Origin: Chiloscyllium plagiosum
Taxonomy: Eukaryota
Length of the DNA stretch: 64,000 nt
Assembly (NCBI RefSeq): GCF_004010195.1
Contig: NC_057719.1
Coordinates: 13,051,727 to 13,115,726, forward strand
Direction of reading: 5' to 3'
The notes below the pieces were generated by a model, which was not told where the DNA came from, ran no database searches, and saw only the letters and a list, made by a program, of their open reading frames with translations. Of this stretch, positions 38,851 through 52,811 are shown in pieces (position 1 is the stretch's first letter; every line of letters starts with the position of its first letter). A program made the translations under genes and the position numbers.

Positions 38851-39364
38851 CCAGAAGCTGTCTACAACAATCTGCCATTCTTTGTTACACTGATGCCTCC
38901 TTCACTGATAGCATTCATATTTAAATCTAGTGTTGGATTAATGCGATTCTTTGCAATGCTGCATAGTGATGTGAGCAGGAAAGAAAACAGCCAATCACTT
39001 TGAAGGATTCTCATGCACAGCAAAACAGGAAGTTAACAGCAATTAATGACTAACTTAAAATTTTAGTTAATGAAATAAATCCTTATTGGGATAGGATAGA
39101 AGCCATTGCTTTAGATGACTCTTCTCGGATTATGCTTTATTTCACTCCATCACCAGAGCATATTATTTCCTTTTCTTGAAATGCATCTATTGATGCTATC
39201 AGCATCAGTTGCTTCCCTTAGTGGAAGGGTTGGTATTCTATATACCCTCAGGGTAAAGTGGCTTCCTCTGAATTCACAACTGGATTTATGAGTGACATTT
39301 AGTACATGAAGCTTCATTGTGAGTTATAGCATCAAACAAAATTTATTTGGCAAAAGATGAGCAT

Positions 39365-41090
39365 AGATTCATCGACTCATACAGTGCAGAAAAGGTTCTT
39401 CGGCCCATTGAGTTTGCACTGCTATTACTACCACTAAAAGTGCGTTAATCCCAATTTCCTGCACTTGGCCCGTATCCTTGAATATTATGATATTTGAAAT
39501 GCTCGTCCAATTATTTTTTAAAGGTTGTTAGGTTTCCAGCCTCCACTACCTTCCCAGGCAGTGCATTCCAGATTCCCACTGTCTGCTGAGTGAAAATGTT
39601 TTTTCCCAAATCCCCTCTGAATCTTCTGCCCCTTACCCTAACAATGTGCCCCTCATGATTGATCCCCTCAACCAAAGGGAACAGCTGCTCACTATTCACC
39701 CTGTCCACACCCCTCACAATCGCATACATCTCAATCATGCACCTCGTCTCAGTCTTCTCTGCTCAATAGAAAACAATCCAAGCCTATCTAGTCTCTCCTT
39801 TAGCTCAATTTCTCCATCCCATGCACATCCTGGTGAACCTCCTCTGGACCCCCTCTAGTGTTATCACATCCTTCCTGTAGTGAGGTGACCAGAACTGCAT
39901 GCAGTGCTCCAGCTGGGGCCTGACCAATGCTCTATACAACTCCAACATTACATCCTTGCTCTTATACTCAGTGCCATGACTGATGAAAGCAAGTATCCCA
40001 CATGCCTTCTCAATTATCCTGTACATAAGGTCAAAAGACATAGGAGCAGAAATTAGGCCATTCAGCCCATTGAGTCTGTTCTGCCTTTCCATCATGGCTG
40101 ATAAATTTCTCAATTGCATTCTCCTGCTTTCTCCCTGTTACCTTTGATCCCCTTGATACTCAAGAACCTATCCATCTCAGACTTAAATATACTCGATGAC
40201 CTGGCTTCCACAGCCTTCTGTGGCAATGAATTCCAGAGACTGACCACTCTCTGGCTGAGGAAGTTTCTCCTTATCTCCATTCTAAAGGGTCTTCCCTTTA
40301 CTCTAAGCCTATGTCCTTGGGTCCTCTTAAGGGTTCCTTCACCGTAAGTCCCCTTATCAAGTCTGCCTCATTTCATAACATCCAGTATTGCCTGTTCCCT
40401 AGTGGGCTCCACAACAAGCTGCTCCAAAATGCCATCTTGTAGACATTCCACAAATTTGTTTTCTTGCAATTCACTATCAACCTGATTTTCCAAGTCCACC
40501 TGTAATTTGAAATCCCCCGTGATCACTGTAACTTTGCCTTTCCTACACATCTTTCCTATCTCCTGGTGGATCTTGCGGCCTAGCTCCTGACTACAGTTTG
40601 GAGGCCTGAACATAACTTGAACTGTGGGTTCTCTCATCTTTGCGGTTCCTCAATTCAACCCACACAGATTCTACACCGTGTGACCCTACTTTGTTTCTTA
40701 CTATTGATTTAATTTCATTTCTTACTAATAAGGCGACCCCACCCCTCTGCCCACCAGCCTATCTTTTCGATAAGATGTATATCCATGAATATTCAGCTCT
40801 CAATCCTGATTCCCTTGCAGCCATGATGTCCACTACATCATACCTTCCAAATTCGATTGGCGCCACAAGTTCCTTATACTACGTGCATTCAGGTATAACA
40901 CTTTCAGTCCTGTATTAACCGCCCCTCTTCTCATTGTCATCCAATTGTTCAGTGTAAGTGTGATCCGCCGACTTCAGGGATCTGTGAATTATTACTTCAA
41001 GATCCCTCTGTTCCTCTAAGTTACCCTGTGTCCTTTCATTCATTAAATATATTCCCTTATCTTGTTTCTTCTTCCAAAGTGCATCAGGCT
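39365..41090 (-). mobile_element. Nested CR1 fragments (RT C-terminus, second 3' end, endonuclease piece)
   Basis: LYRALVRPQLEHCMQFWSP (39805-40119) and FRPPN...ITGDFK...EPTREQAILD (40368-40637). Confidence 0.88.
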
Positions 41091-42963
41091 ACAAAGAGGT
41101 ACAGTGGATTTTTCAAAGTTCGCCACCAACACAACCATTGCTGTTGATGACATGGACTTAAAGATTGGAGGGCATAGTTTTGAAGTCAGTCAACGACATC
41201 AAGTCTTGGACCTGTAAACTGAGAGAGGATTGGGACAGGCTCGTGGGGGAGGTGGATCCAGCGCTGATGAAATTCACTGCAGCGCAGCGTCAAGTGAAAC
41301 ATGATTTGTTTGTTAAGAAACATGATGAGAGAAGGTGTATGCTGATTGGCACAATTTTAAAGAGACGGATGGGTTTGCTTGTGTGTGTGTCACTGCAGGA
41401 TAGCTTATCAGCCTATAATACTCTGTACTTTAGAAACTGAGGTCCCAGCTTTTGTTCCCAGGTAGGGTGCACAGAGGCAGTTCAATCCCTCGCCCCACGA
41501 ATCTGGCCTTTAAAATTGACTGGCTGCACTCCCAGTTTTCAGAGTGGAGTGAGGAACTGGCCTGGGGACATGGGAAGGGCTGAGGGAGCTATCAGTTGGT
41601 GAGGTGGGTTGAGCAGAGAAACTGTCTTGGTGGCCAAGCGTCATGCCCAACAATCAAAGTTAAAGAAATATAACACATTTCTCCAATTCCCATTCCTCAT
41701 ACTCATTCACCCCCTGCTGACCCAATCGCACTCCCCATATTTCATTCATGTGATTCCATGCTACCAAATACACTATACCCATCCCCTCATGCTTCCATGT
41801 CCCTCTATCCACCTGCCATGGCACCTCAAGTGATCTGATGCCTCTTTTTACATCCCCCATCCCTCGTGCCCTCACATCACTCTGTCCACCTCCACTCATA
41901 CCCCATGTCTCCGATAAGTCTGTGCCAACTTAGTGCCTACCAACCTTTTCCCTTCACCTACTGTGCCAACTTGCCTAGGATCCACAAGTATCCAATTACA
42001 GGAGAAAAATGAAATCCTGTTTTTTTAAATGACTATATCATGGACTACACTGTATTGCAAAAAAGCACTCATACACAAAACAAAACACATTTTGACAGGT
42101 CGTGACACATTTTACACTTCAGGAAAGGCCATGACAGTTCTTGCCAGTTTGACAGTTCTTGACAGGTTTGATACTTTTTAAAATTCATTCATGCGATATC
42201 CTGGGTTTACCAGCATTTATTACCCATTCCTAATTGTCCTTGTTAAAGTGGTGGTGAGCTGCCTTCTTAAACTGCTGCTGGATTGGAGATACACTTACAG
42301 AGCTGTTAGGAAGGGATTTCCATGATTTTGAACTTGTGAAAGAGATATTCAGTTCTGAGCTTGGCTGGTGTATGTCCTGGAGTGGTGTTCCTGTCCATTG
42401 GCTACACTTGTCCTTATAACGTATGGAGCTCTCAGGTTTGGAAGGCTCTGTCGAAGAAACCTTTCTGAGTTTTGGAAGTGCAACTTGTAGATGGTACGCA
42501 CCATCAGTCACGAGGGAGTGAATACTGAAGGTGCTGGATAGGTAGCCAATCAAATGGGCTGTTTTGACTTTGATGGTGTCGCATTCTTGAGTGCTTTTGT
42601 AGAGCACTCATTCAGGCAAGCGGAGAATAATCTATCACATGCTTGTCCTGTGCTTTGTAAGTGATGAACTGCCTTCAGACAATATGGAAATGGGTTTCTT
42701 GCCAAAGTATTCTCATATTCTGCTTGCTATTATAGCCACTGAATGTAAATGATTGGTCCAGTTCAGTTTCTTGTCAATGGTAACCTCAGGTTGTTGATAG
42801 TGACGGATTCAGTGATAGTAATGCCATTGAATGTCAAGGGATGATGGTTAGATTCTCTTTAGTTTGAGATAATAATTGCTTGCATTTATCTGACACCAAT
42901 GTTACTTGCTTCTTATACCCAAGTCTGAACATTGTCCAGATCATGTTGCATTTGAACATGGAC

Positions 42964-43273
42964 TGGCGGCATGGTGGCTCAGTGGTTAGCACTGCTGCTT
43001 CACAGCACCAGAGACCTGGGTTCAATTCCAGCATCGGGCAACTGTCTGTGTAGAGTTTGCACATTCTCCCCATATCTGTATGGGTTTCCTCCGGGTGCTC
43101 CAGTTTCTTCCCACAGTCCAAAATAAATGTGCAGGTTAGGTGAATTGGCCATGCTAAATTGCCCATAGTGTTAGGTGGGTTGGTCAGCGATAAATGTAGG
43201 GGGGGGTGCGTTGCTGTTCAGTGGTCTGTTGGGCCGAAGGGCCTGTTTCCACACTGTAGGGAATCTAATCTAA
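42964..43273 (+). mobile_element. HE1-type V-SINE nested in LINE
   Basis: Full head, core and (TAATC)n tail. Confidence 0.93.
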
Positions 43274-44318
43274 TATCTGAGGAGTCACAAATGATGATGG
43301 TCATTGTGCAATCATTGGTGAACATCCCCACTTCTGACCCTGTGAGGGAGGGTCAGTCATTGATGAAGCAGTTGAAGATAGTTGTACCTAGGATACTACC
43401 CTGAGGAACTCCTGAAGAGATGTCCTGGAGCTGAGGAGACTGACCTCCAGCAATTACATTCAAAATCAACCTTGATTTCGATAGCAGTCTGGGACTCAGC
43501 TCTTCTGAACCAAAACTGTAATTTGGTCAGAAACTGTGTGCCCAAACTAAGCATCAGTGAACACTGGATGGCACTGTTGATGACCACTTCCATTACTTTG
43601 CTGATGATCGAGAGTAGACTGATAGGGAGGTAATTGGCTGGGTTATATTTTTTGGCTATTTGAGAAGAGGACCTCCCCAGACCACTTTCCACATTGTTGG
43701 GTAAATGCCATCTGTCACATACAGAACAGCTTGTCTGGGTGTGTGGCAGGTTTGGGAGCATCTGTCTTCAGTACTATTGCCAGAATGTTGTCAGAGTCCA
43801 CTTTCTTTCAGTATCCAGTGTCTCCAACCATTTCTTGATATCACATAGTGTGAATTAAATTGGCCAAAGACTGATATCTGTGATGCTGGGGACCACTGGA
43901 GGAGGCCAAGATGGTTCATCTGCTTTAGACTTGTGGCCGAAGGTTAATGCAAAAGCTTCAGCTTTATCTTTTGCACTGATGTAATGGTCTCCCCATCATT
44001 GAGGATGGGGATATTTGTGGAGTTACCTCCTCCTCCGGTGAATTCTCTAATTGTCCACGACCATTCGTGCCTTGATGTGGCAGGACTGCAGGGCTTAGAT
44101 CTAATCTGCTTGTTGTGGAATAGCTGACATCTGTCTATCATTTGCTGTTTATGCCATTTGGTATGCAAGTAATCTTATTTGGTAACTTCACTAGGTTGAC
44201 ACCTCACATTCAGATGGGACTGGTGCTGCTCCCGGCCTGCCCACATGTAGTCTTCATTATAAAAGGGCTGATGATAAGGTACAACGAGGGATACAATACA
44301 AGCCATGACAAACTGTGC

Positions 44319-44635
44319 TTTAGATTAGATTCCCTACAGTGGGAAACAGGCCCTTTGGCGCAACCAGTTCACACTGACCCTCTGAAGAGTAACCCACCCA
44401 GACCGATTGCCCTCTGACTAAAGCACCTAACACTACGGGCAATTTAGCATGGCCAATTCACCTGGCCTGCACATCTTTGGACTGTGGGAGGAAACTGAAG
44501 CACCCAGAGGAAACCCACACAGACACGGGGAGAGCGTGCAAACTAGCCACAGGCAGTCGCCCAAGGCCGGAATCGAACCTGGGACCCCTGATGCTGTTTG
44601 GCAGCAGTGCTAATCACTGAGCCACCGTGCTGCCC
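44319..44635 (-). mobile_element. HE1-type V-SINE nested in LINE
   Basis: TTAGATTAGATTCCCTACAGTG...CACTGAGCCACCGTGCTGCCC. Confidence 0.93.
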
Positions 44636-46557
44636 CATTTTAATATAGTTCTGTTGTTGCTGATGGTTCACAACTCCTCATGGATGTGCAGGTTTGAGTT
44701 CCTGGAATTGTTTGAAATCCATCCCATTTGGTACTCGGTGGTTGTGCCACACAACACATTGGAGGCTATCCTCAAGGTGAAAGCCACAAGGACTGTGTGA
44801 TGGTCACTCTTATGTTCAATATGAAGGAGTACTGATTCACCAGCTGAGGGTGGGTGATAGGTTACAATCTGCAGGAGGTTTCCTGGCCCAACCTGTACCT
44901 AATGCTATGAGATATCACGGGTCGAAGTTGAGGACTGCAAGGCAATTTCCTCCTTCCCCATAAAGCACAGTTCTGCCACACCTGGAGAGTCAGTCTTCCA
45001 CTATCACTCCTGGACATACCCAATGTGGCTGGAACATTGTACCTAAGGTTTAATTCCATGAGTATGAATATGTCAGACTGTTATTTGACTAATCTGTGGG
45101 ACAATTCTTTCAATTTATCAGTAGCCTCCAGAATGTAATAAGGAAGGTCACGTGGGGCGGACAGTGCTGGGTTTGTCATTGTCCTTTCCTGTGCTGCCAT
45201 GATTCCCATTGATCCGGATTTCATTCCTCGTTTTAGACTTTGCAATAGCTTGATACATCTGAGTCATTTGCCAGGCCATTTCAGGGTGTAGTCAGAAGTC
45301 TACCACATTACTGCATGTCAGGAGTGACATATCAGCCAGACCATGTAGGAGTGGGAGATTTCATTCCCCTAAAGGACATTAGTCAGTTACAATAGGCAAT
45401 AGTCACCGTTGTCAAAGAGTGTGGTGCTAGACCCCACCAGTACCCTTCCACTGACACTCTCATTCGTTTGGCTGAACTGGTCCCCACCCTCAATAATACC
45501 TCCTTTGAATCTTCCCATGTCCTCCAGACCAAAGGGGCAGCCATGGGCAACCCAGTTATCTGTCTCTTTGTTGAGTACATGGAACAGTTCATCTTCTGCA
45601 ATTACACAGGCACCATTCCCCACCTCTTCCTCCACTACATCAATGACTAGATCAGTATCACCTCGTGCTCCCCTTCCTGGACCTCACCAACTCCATCAAC
45701 GGTGATTGATTCAACACTGACATTTTCTACAAGCCCACTGACTCCCACAGTGACCTGGACTACACCTCCTCCCAGAGTGCCTCCTGTAAAAATGGTCCCA
45801 CTTATTCCCAATTCCTCCGCCTCTGCTACATCTGCTCCCAGGAGGACCAATTCCACCACAAAATATATCAGATGGCCTCCTTCTTCAAAGACTGCAATTT
45901 CCTCTCCCACTTGGTCAATGATGTCCTCCAGCACATCTCCTCCACTTTCCGCACCTTTGCCTTTGAACCCAACCAACCACAACAAGGACAGAACCCTTTG
46001 GTCCTCACCTTCCACCCCACCAACCTACGGACATATCGCATCATCCTCCACCATTTCCGCCACCTACAAACAGACCCCACCACCAGAGATATATTTCCCT
46101 CCTCACCCCATCTGCGTTCAATAAAGACCATTCCCTCTGTGACTCTCTTGTCAGGTCCATGCCCCTCACCACTCACCCTCCCCTCCCGACACATTCCCCT
46201 GCCACCGCAGGAATTGCAAAATCTATGCCAACACCACCCCCTTATCTCCGTCCAAGGCCCCAAAGGATCCTTCCACATCTGTTAGAGAACATCTTTGGGA
46301 GACATGGATGAAACAACCTCCCCATTGCCCCGTGGCCGAATACTTTAATTCCCCCTCCCATTCCCCCAAGAACCTGCAGGTTCTGGGTCTCCTCCCAAAG
46401 TCTGGAGGAAGAACGCCACATCTTCTGCCTAGGACCCTCCAACCACACGGAATCAATGTAGATTTTACCAGTTTCTTCATTTCACCTCCCCCCACCTTAT
46501 CCCAGATCCAACCTTCCAACTCGGCACTGACACTTGAGCTGTCCTACCTGTCTATCC

Positions 46558-47029
46558 NNNNNNNNNNNNNNNNNNNNNNNNNNNNNNNNNNNNNNNNNNN
46601 NNNNNNNNNNNNNNNNNNNNNNNNNNNNNNNNNNNNNNNNNNNNNNNNNNNNNNNNNNNNNNNNNNNNNNNNNNNNNNNNNNNNNNNNNNNNNNNNNNNN
46701 NNNNNNNNNNNNNNNNNNNNNNNNNNNNNNNNNNNNNNNNNNNNNNNNNNNNNNNNNNNNNNNNNNNNNNNNNNNNNNNNNNNNNNNNNNNNNNNNNNNN
46801 NNNNNNNNNNNNNNNNNNNNNNNNNNNNNNNNNNNNNNNNNNNNNNNNNNNNNNNNNNNNNNNNNNNNNNNNNNNNNNNNNNNNNNNNNNNNNNNNNNNN
46901 NNNNNNNNNNNNNNNNNNNNNNNNNNNNNNNNNNNNNNNNNNNNNNNNNNNNNNNNNNNNNNNNNNNNNNNNNNNNNNNNNNNNNNNNNNNNNNNNNNNN
47001 NNNNNNNNNNNNNNNNNNNNNNNNNNNNN
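46558..47029. other. Assembly gap (N run)
   Basis: Run of N. Confidence 1.
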
Positions 47030-47088
47030 TCCCCCAGCCCCACCCCCTCCCATTTATCTCTCAGCCCCCTTGTGCCTCCCCCTTATTC

Positions 47089-47116
47089 CTGATGAAGAGC
47101 CTATGCTCGAAACATC
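47089..47116 (+). ncRNA. Minimal hammerhead ribozyme motif
   Basis: CUGAUGA A GAGC CUAU GCUC GAAA CA UC in the Penelope terminal repeat. Confidence 0.5.
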
Positions 47117-48109
47117 GATTCTCCTTCTCCTCGGATGCTCCCTGACCAGCTGTGCTTTTCCAGCACCACACGCTTTGACTCTTATCTCCAGCATCTACAG
47201 TGCTCACTTTCTCCCAATCGTTGCCATTGGACTAGCTTTTTATTTCTAGAATTTGTTTTATTGAATTCAAATGTCACCCTCCGCTGTGGTAAGATTTGAA
47301 TTCATTTTCCCACAGTATTAGCCTAGGCACTGGATTATTGATAGAGTGACAGCATCACTGCCTCCTCACTTCTTGACAGTTCTTGATAACTTTGACACTT
47401 CTTGACAATTCTTGAAGGATTTGTCAAATATTTAACAGTTTCATAGCTTCGAGTGACATATACTTTGTTTGAGCACATTCTTCTGTACAGATAACAATCC
47501 CAAATGATACCTGAATTACCCCATCTGACAAATAAAGTGTACCTGATCCTCAGCATGAATACTTGAGCCTCACTCCCAATGTGTCCTGGGTCTCCAAAGG
47601 AATACTGTAGCTATTCCAAAGAAACGTGGTGAGACCAGACCATTCCTGAGCTGCTCTGTCTTCTACACTTTGTGATTAATGCAGTGGAGGTTACCCAAGT
47701 GGGATTTTGATGAAGATAGCTGATCATTTAAATGGACAGCTGCCTCTGGGATCTGTATATGAGTCAAGCCTGACCTAACTCCTGGAATAAGACTGTCATT
47801 TCAGGCCATTATTGTCATGTTGGAGATGCTCACAGATATGGAGAAGACCTGGAACATAAAACAAAATCTAGGATATTACTCTAAATAACATACAACACTC
47901 AGTCAGTTCTGATTGGAGCTCTATATCCAACTCTGTCCACCAACCTTTAGATAGGAATTGAAGACTTTAGTTTGGATATGGTTCCGAGGTTGAGGAATGA
48001 CAATTACACTGACAGACTGGGGAAACTGGGGTTGGTCTACAGGCAATAGCAAAAGCTATGGAGATTGTGGCTTTTAAAATCTTGAAGGATTTAGAAAGAG
48101 TGTCTGCCC

Positions 48110-48650
48110 AGTCTATCTGTGCCATGGAACACTACCCTCGATGTAGCTGTGGGGGTGAGAGACTGTCACACATCTCCTTCTGGAATGTGCCTTTGCAAAG
48201 GACGTCTGGAGGAGGTTGTGGTGCACTTTGCCAGGCAGCTCCGTGACGCAGGACTCTGTACTTGTCCCTAGGATGCACACCAAACAAATATCTACTGTGC
48301 CTGGAGGACCATCAACTGAGTGAATGGCAATCTTTGGTTTGCCTGAAACGTGTTGGTCTTCCAGAGTGTGGAGTTGACTCTGACCTAGTGTTGCAGACTG
48401 GCACATTCCAAGGTCCAGGGCTACGTGCTGAGGGATGCACTAAAGCTTGAGGCAGCTGCCACCAAAGCACAGTGGGCAAAGACGTTTCTGCCAAAGTTAA
48501 ATGGGGGTCCGTTCAGTTAATGGACCCTCCTTGTGCCTCAAATCATGGTCCAAGTAAGAGATGCCTTTGGTTTGTTTGGATAGAGTTAAACTTCAGTGTT
48601 TGTTTGTTTCCTTGATATGCTACTGTACAGAACCCAACTGTATTTGTGGC
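48110..48650 (+). mobile_element. L1/Tx1-clade LINE, C-terminal zinc-finger fragment
   Basis: Joining frames gives PRCSCGG(E)TVTHLLLECAFAKDVW (CCHC-type finger). Flanked by old CR1 3' sequence. Confidence 0.65.
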
Positions 48651-48935
48651 TAAGTGTGTGTGTTATAAAAAGAATGATGGGAAACTATTTCCAACACCTG
48701 AAAGGTTGACAGATTGAAGGTAAAGATTAGATTAAACTGTTGACCTCAACCACTCTATGACTATTCAAGAAAGAACTCGAGGAAAGTTTTGAAACTAGAG
48801 TTGAAATTGCTGGTGAATCTCAGCAGATCTGGCAACATCTTTGGAGGGAGAAAAAGAGTAAATGCTTCGAGTCTGATGACTCTTCTTCAGAACTTTGTTT
48901 CAGTTTAGAGGACATTTTTATTTCACGCAAAGTGT

Positions 48936-49255
48936 AGCACGGTGGCTCAGTGGTTAGCACTGCTGCCTTACAGTGCCAGGCACTGGGTTCAAATACAGCC
49001 TCGGGCAACTGTCTGTATGGTTTCCACATTCTCCCTGTATCTTTGTGGATGCCCTCCGGGTGCTCTGGTTTCCTCCCACAGTCCAAAGATATGCAGGTTA
49101 GGTGTATTGACTATGCCAAATTGCCCAGTGTCCAGGATGTGTAGACTAGGTGGATTGGGCAGGGGGAAAGCAGGGTTAAAGGGTAGGCAGGTGGGTCTGA
49201 ACGGGATGCTCTTCGGAGGGGCTGTCTGGCCTGCTTCCATACTGTAGAGATTCTG
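48936..49255 (+). mobile_element. HE1-type V-SINE
   Basis: GCACGGTGGCTCAGTGGTTAGCACTGCTGCC head and conserved core. Confidence 0.9.
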
Positions 49256-49339
49256 AGTGGTTTAGAAATTGGAATGTACTGCCTGATGGTCATGGATTTA
49301 ATTTCAATAGCATCCTCCTAAAAGGGATTTAGATATGTG

Positions 49340-50095
49340 GAGTCATAGAGACGTACAGCACAGAAACAGACCCTTCGGTCAACCCGTCCATGCCGACCAG
49401 ATATCCCAACCCAATCTAGTCCCACCTGCCAGTACCCGGCTAATATCCCTCCAAATCCTTCCTATTCATATACCCATCCAGATACCTTTTAAATGTTGCA
49501 ATTCTACCAGCCACCACCACTTCCTCTGGCAGCTCATTCCATACATGTATCACCCTCTGCGTGAAAAAGTTGCCTTTTAGGTCTCTTTTATATCTTTCCC
49601 CTCTCACCATAAACCTATGCCCTCTAGTTCTGGACTCGCCCATATCAGGGAAAAGACTTTCACTACTTATCCTATCCATGCCCCTCATGATTTTATAAAC
49701 CTCTATAAGGTCACCCCTCAGCCTCCAGGGAAAACATCCCAAGCCTGTTCAACCTCTCCCTATAGCTCAAATCCTCCAACCCTAGCAACATCCTTGTAAA
49801 TCTTTCCTGAATGTTTTCAATTTTCACAACATCTTTCCGATAGGAAGGAGACCAGAATTGCACGCCATATTCCAACAGTGGCCTAACCAATGTCCTCTAG
49901 AGCCGGAACATGACCTCCCAACTCCTGTACTCAATACTCTGACCAATAAAGGAAAGCATACCAAACGCCTTCTTCACTATCCTATCTACCTGCGACTCCA
50001 ATTTCAAGGAGCTATGAACCTGCACTCCAAGGTCTCTTTGTTCAGCAACACTGCCCAGGACCTTACCAATAAGTGTATACGTTCTGCTAAGATTT
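49340..50095 (-). mobile_element. CR1/HER1 LINE 3' fragment
   Basis: RLRGDLIEVYKIMRGMD...RTRGH...FFTQRVIHVWNELPEEVV. Confidence 0.93.
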
Positions 50096-50859
50096 ACTTA
50101 GAAGAGGAAAATCTGTGGGGACAGGGCTGGGAAACAGGACTGAGTGGATTATTCTCTGAAACATCTAATGCAGATGCAATGGGCTTAGCAAGCATTCAGT
50201 AGAGAAAGGTAAAATATCACAAATATCAGAAATGCAAAATTCTAGAGGTCCAAGCTGCTTCATCTCTCTTGTCAGGGATGTTCAGTCAGAAAGAGAGCGA
50301 TATATCGCAGAAGACTTCCTTCCTCTGACTATCCCACCACTTAAATCCAACTTTGCAGAATTTGAATCAGTCTAATCTCCAGCTTGTAACAGATGTGAAA
50401 TAAGCTGGTTTTCAGACATTTGTGCACTGTGACTTGATTTTAAGTGACAAATGCTAAAGCGAACTGAGATAGGAAACACTCACTTTCTCACAAATACTCT
50501 AGTGAGTACTTAAAAGAAAAATGTAAAATATTAAATAAAGATTAATGTTCAAACATATAAATCGGGGAGATGTGGGGGGATTCCGGGTGTGTGGTACATG
50601 CAGACAATTTCAAATTGTAAAGGAAATTCATGCAGATCCTCCACTGAGTCAGTTGGCAAAGATGGGCATTGTATGTTCTGGTGCTCATGAGGGACTGTGC
50701 CATGGCAAACTAAGGGCAGATATAACACATTGAAAACTGGAATTTCCAGAACCCAAATGTCTTGGGAAACCTCTGCCATATTATCAAAATCTATGACAAA
50801 AGGTTACAGCATAATGAGAAACATTGGCTAGTCGAGTTCTTCCTTATTCACATAGAATG

Positions 50860-51040
50860 GATAGAATCCCTACAGTGTGGAAACAGGCCATTTGGCCCAA
50901 TAAGTCCATACTGACTCTCTGAAGAGTAACCCACCCGGCCTATTCCCCAACTCTATTACTCGACATTTCCCCTGACCAGTGCACCTCTTCTATATATCCC
51001 TGAACACCATGGGCAATTTAGCACTGCCAATTCACCCACA
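50860..51040 (-). mobile_element. HE1-type SINE 3' half
   Basis: ATAGAATCCCTACAGTGTGGAAACAGGCC...GGGCAATTTAGCACTGCCAATTCACC. Confidence 0.8.
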
Positions 51041-51485
51041 CTGAGGGAAATTGTCTTGGGGAGCCGTGTAAAATCGGTTGTCTTTCATTCTGTCTGAATG
51101 TGCTGAGGCCAAACAGCATTCTTTACTGACCTATTTCACACAGAAAATACAGAGCCCTTCCAACTCAGAATTGTTTAAAAAATGATTGAGATGGGGATTG
51201 AAAGATAAATTCAAAGGGTTCAATGAAGTGATTTGAGAAGAAACTTGTGTTTAGTCCACACCAGAGGGGCTGAATAGCCTGCTTCCATGCTACAAAGATC
51301 TGTGCAATTCTCCATCATTGACGGAGTATGTTTTTCAAAGTGCGGTGCAGGGGGGTGCTGTCTTTTACATACGGTATTAAACTGAGGTTCACCCCATCCC
51401 TCCGCCCAGCTGTCGCTCTGGTGGAAGTGTAAACGCTCACAGCAATACTTCCAAGATGAAAATAAGAATTCTCCACAGTGACCTG

Positions 51486-52139
51486 TATTATGGACCTGAC
51501 CAGAGCCCCTCAAAATATATTAAGAAGAAAGCCTAAACACGAACATTTTCTTATTTTTTTGATAAGTGTAAGGCGTTATGTTCCAGATGCAATTTGATTG
51601 GTCAAACTATCAGTCTTTAAACAAACCACAGTTTATTCATATACTATTGTTAAAATATGACAAAGGAAAGAAGAAATTGGAATAACAACTCTCTTGGAAA
51701 AATAAACAGAATAATAGATTATTTAACTACTAAGCAGTAAATGTTCCAATATCGTAATATCCCATATACACAACCTCGGTAAATGTAAATTCGGTAAAAT
51801 AGATTGTCTCACATATAATTCTCTAGTCTAGGAGGAAAGAATATCAAGAGAAAACTCAGAGAGACAGAGTAGCAGGGAGAAATGTATTGCAACTTCTAAA
51901 CCCAGCTTCAAGATCCCAGCAACTGTTACTGTAGAACTAAAACTAAATTCCTTGTTCTGTGGGAACTTGACCCCACCCATTCAGGCTGCTTTTATTGTTC
52001 CAACTTTTTAAAAAATCCCAAGGCCTCACACGCTGTTTATTGGATTCAAACAGAGAGCTCAACACCTCTCTATCTTAAAACTTCTCTTGAATTAAAGAAA
52101 AGGACAAAATACACCTTTTAAAGCCATTGTATTGTTACT
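51486..52139 (-). mobile_element. Probable solo LTR inserted in a DeuSINE
   Basis: ACCTG duplicated at 51481-51485 and 52140-52144. The host DeuSINE (~51340-52240) reads through once the insert is removed. Termini TATTATGG...TGTTACT are decayed relative to TG..CA. Confidence 0.6.
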
Positions 52140-52254
52140 ACCTGTTCAAAATGTATTTCTCAATCAACATTATTTTCCTGAATTTGCTCTGTGCAAGTTG
52201 GTTTCTGAGTTTCTCACATTGCAAATATTTGACTACAGAACAATTCACAGGTGA

Positions 52255-52440
52255 GAAAAACAAAGAAGTGCAAATGCTAGAAATATGAAACAAAAATAAA
52301 AATTGTTGGAAAAACTCAGCAGGTCTAGCAGCATCTGTGGAGAGAGAAACAGAGTTAACATTTTGGGTCCAATCTGAAGCATTAACTCTGCTTCTCTCTC
52401 CACAGATGCTGCCAGAGTTTTTCCAGCAATTTCTAATTTG
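52255..52440. mobile_element. Inverted pair of short Penelope-derived termini
   Basis: GCAGCATCTGTGGAGAGAGAAACAGAGTTAA followed by TTAACTCTGCTTCTCTCTCCACAGATGCTGC. Confidence 0.8.
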
Positions 52441-52811
52441 CAAGAATACACAGTATTTACTTTAAAGTGCACGGAGCATCCTGGTATCTATATGTCAGTT
52501 TCTTATTTAAAACAATGTCTTTTCCAAGGTACAACATTCAGAACTGAGCAGTAATGTTATAGTCATAGAAATCCACAGCAATGATAAAGGGCCTTCTGCC
52601 CATTGAGTCTGCACTGGTTAAAAATAACCTCCTCATCCCATTTTCCAGCACTTGGCCCATAGCCTTGTATGCTTTGGCACTACAAGTGTGCATCTAAAAT
52701 ATTATGAGAGTTTCTATCTCTATCCAGCTTACAGGCAGTGAGTTCCAGATTACCACCTGCCTCTGGGTGAAACGATTTATCCTTATGCCTCCGCTAAACC
52801 CAAAAGCTTGA

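Larger units (their letters stand above)
42172..45250 (-). mobile_element. Long decayed second-family LINE
   Basis: NPANYLPISLLSIISKVME (43396-43761) and IRSKPCSPATSRHEWSWTI. The 3' end at 42172 matches 21825. Confidence 0.85.
45420..47215 (+). mobile_element. Penelope-like element (second family): RT remnant, C-terminal region and terminal repeat, inserted in a minus-strand MetaSINE-like element
   Basis: LQTKGAAMG...LFVEYMEQ...FLHYIND (YIDD-like) and LVLTFHPTNL...RHLQTDPTTRDIFP. Hammerhead motif at 47089. Host SINE halves at ~45260-45410 and ~47215-47370. Confidence 0.85.

Noticed and set aside
46308..47249. Long ORFs of 163-313 aa, and similar ones at 15611-16294
   Set aside because: Their length comes from N-gap translation (X runs).
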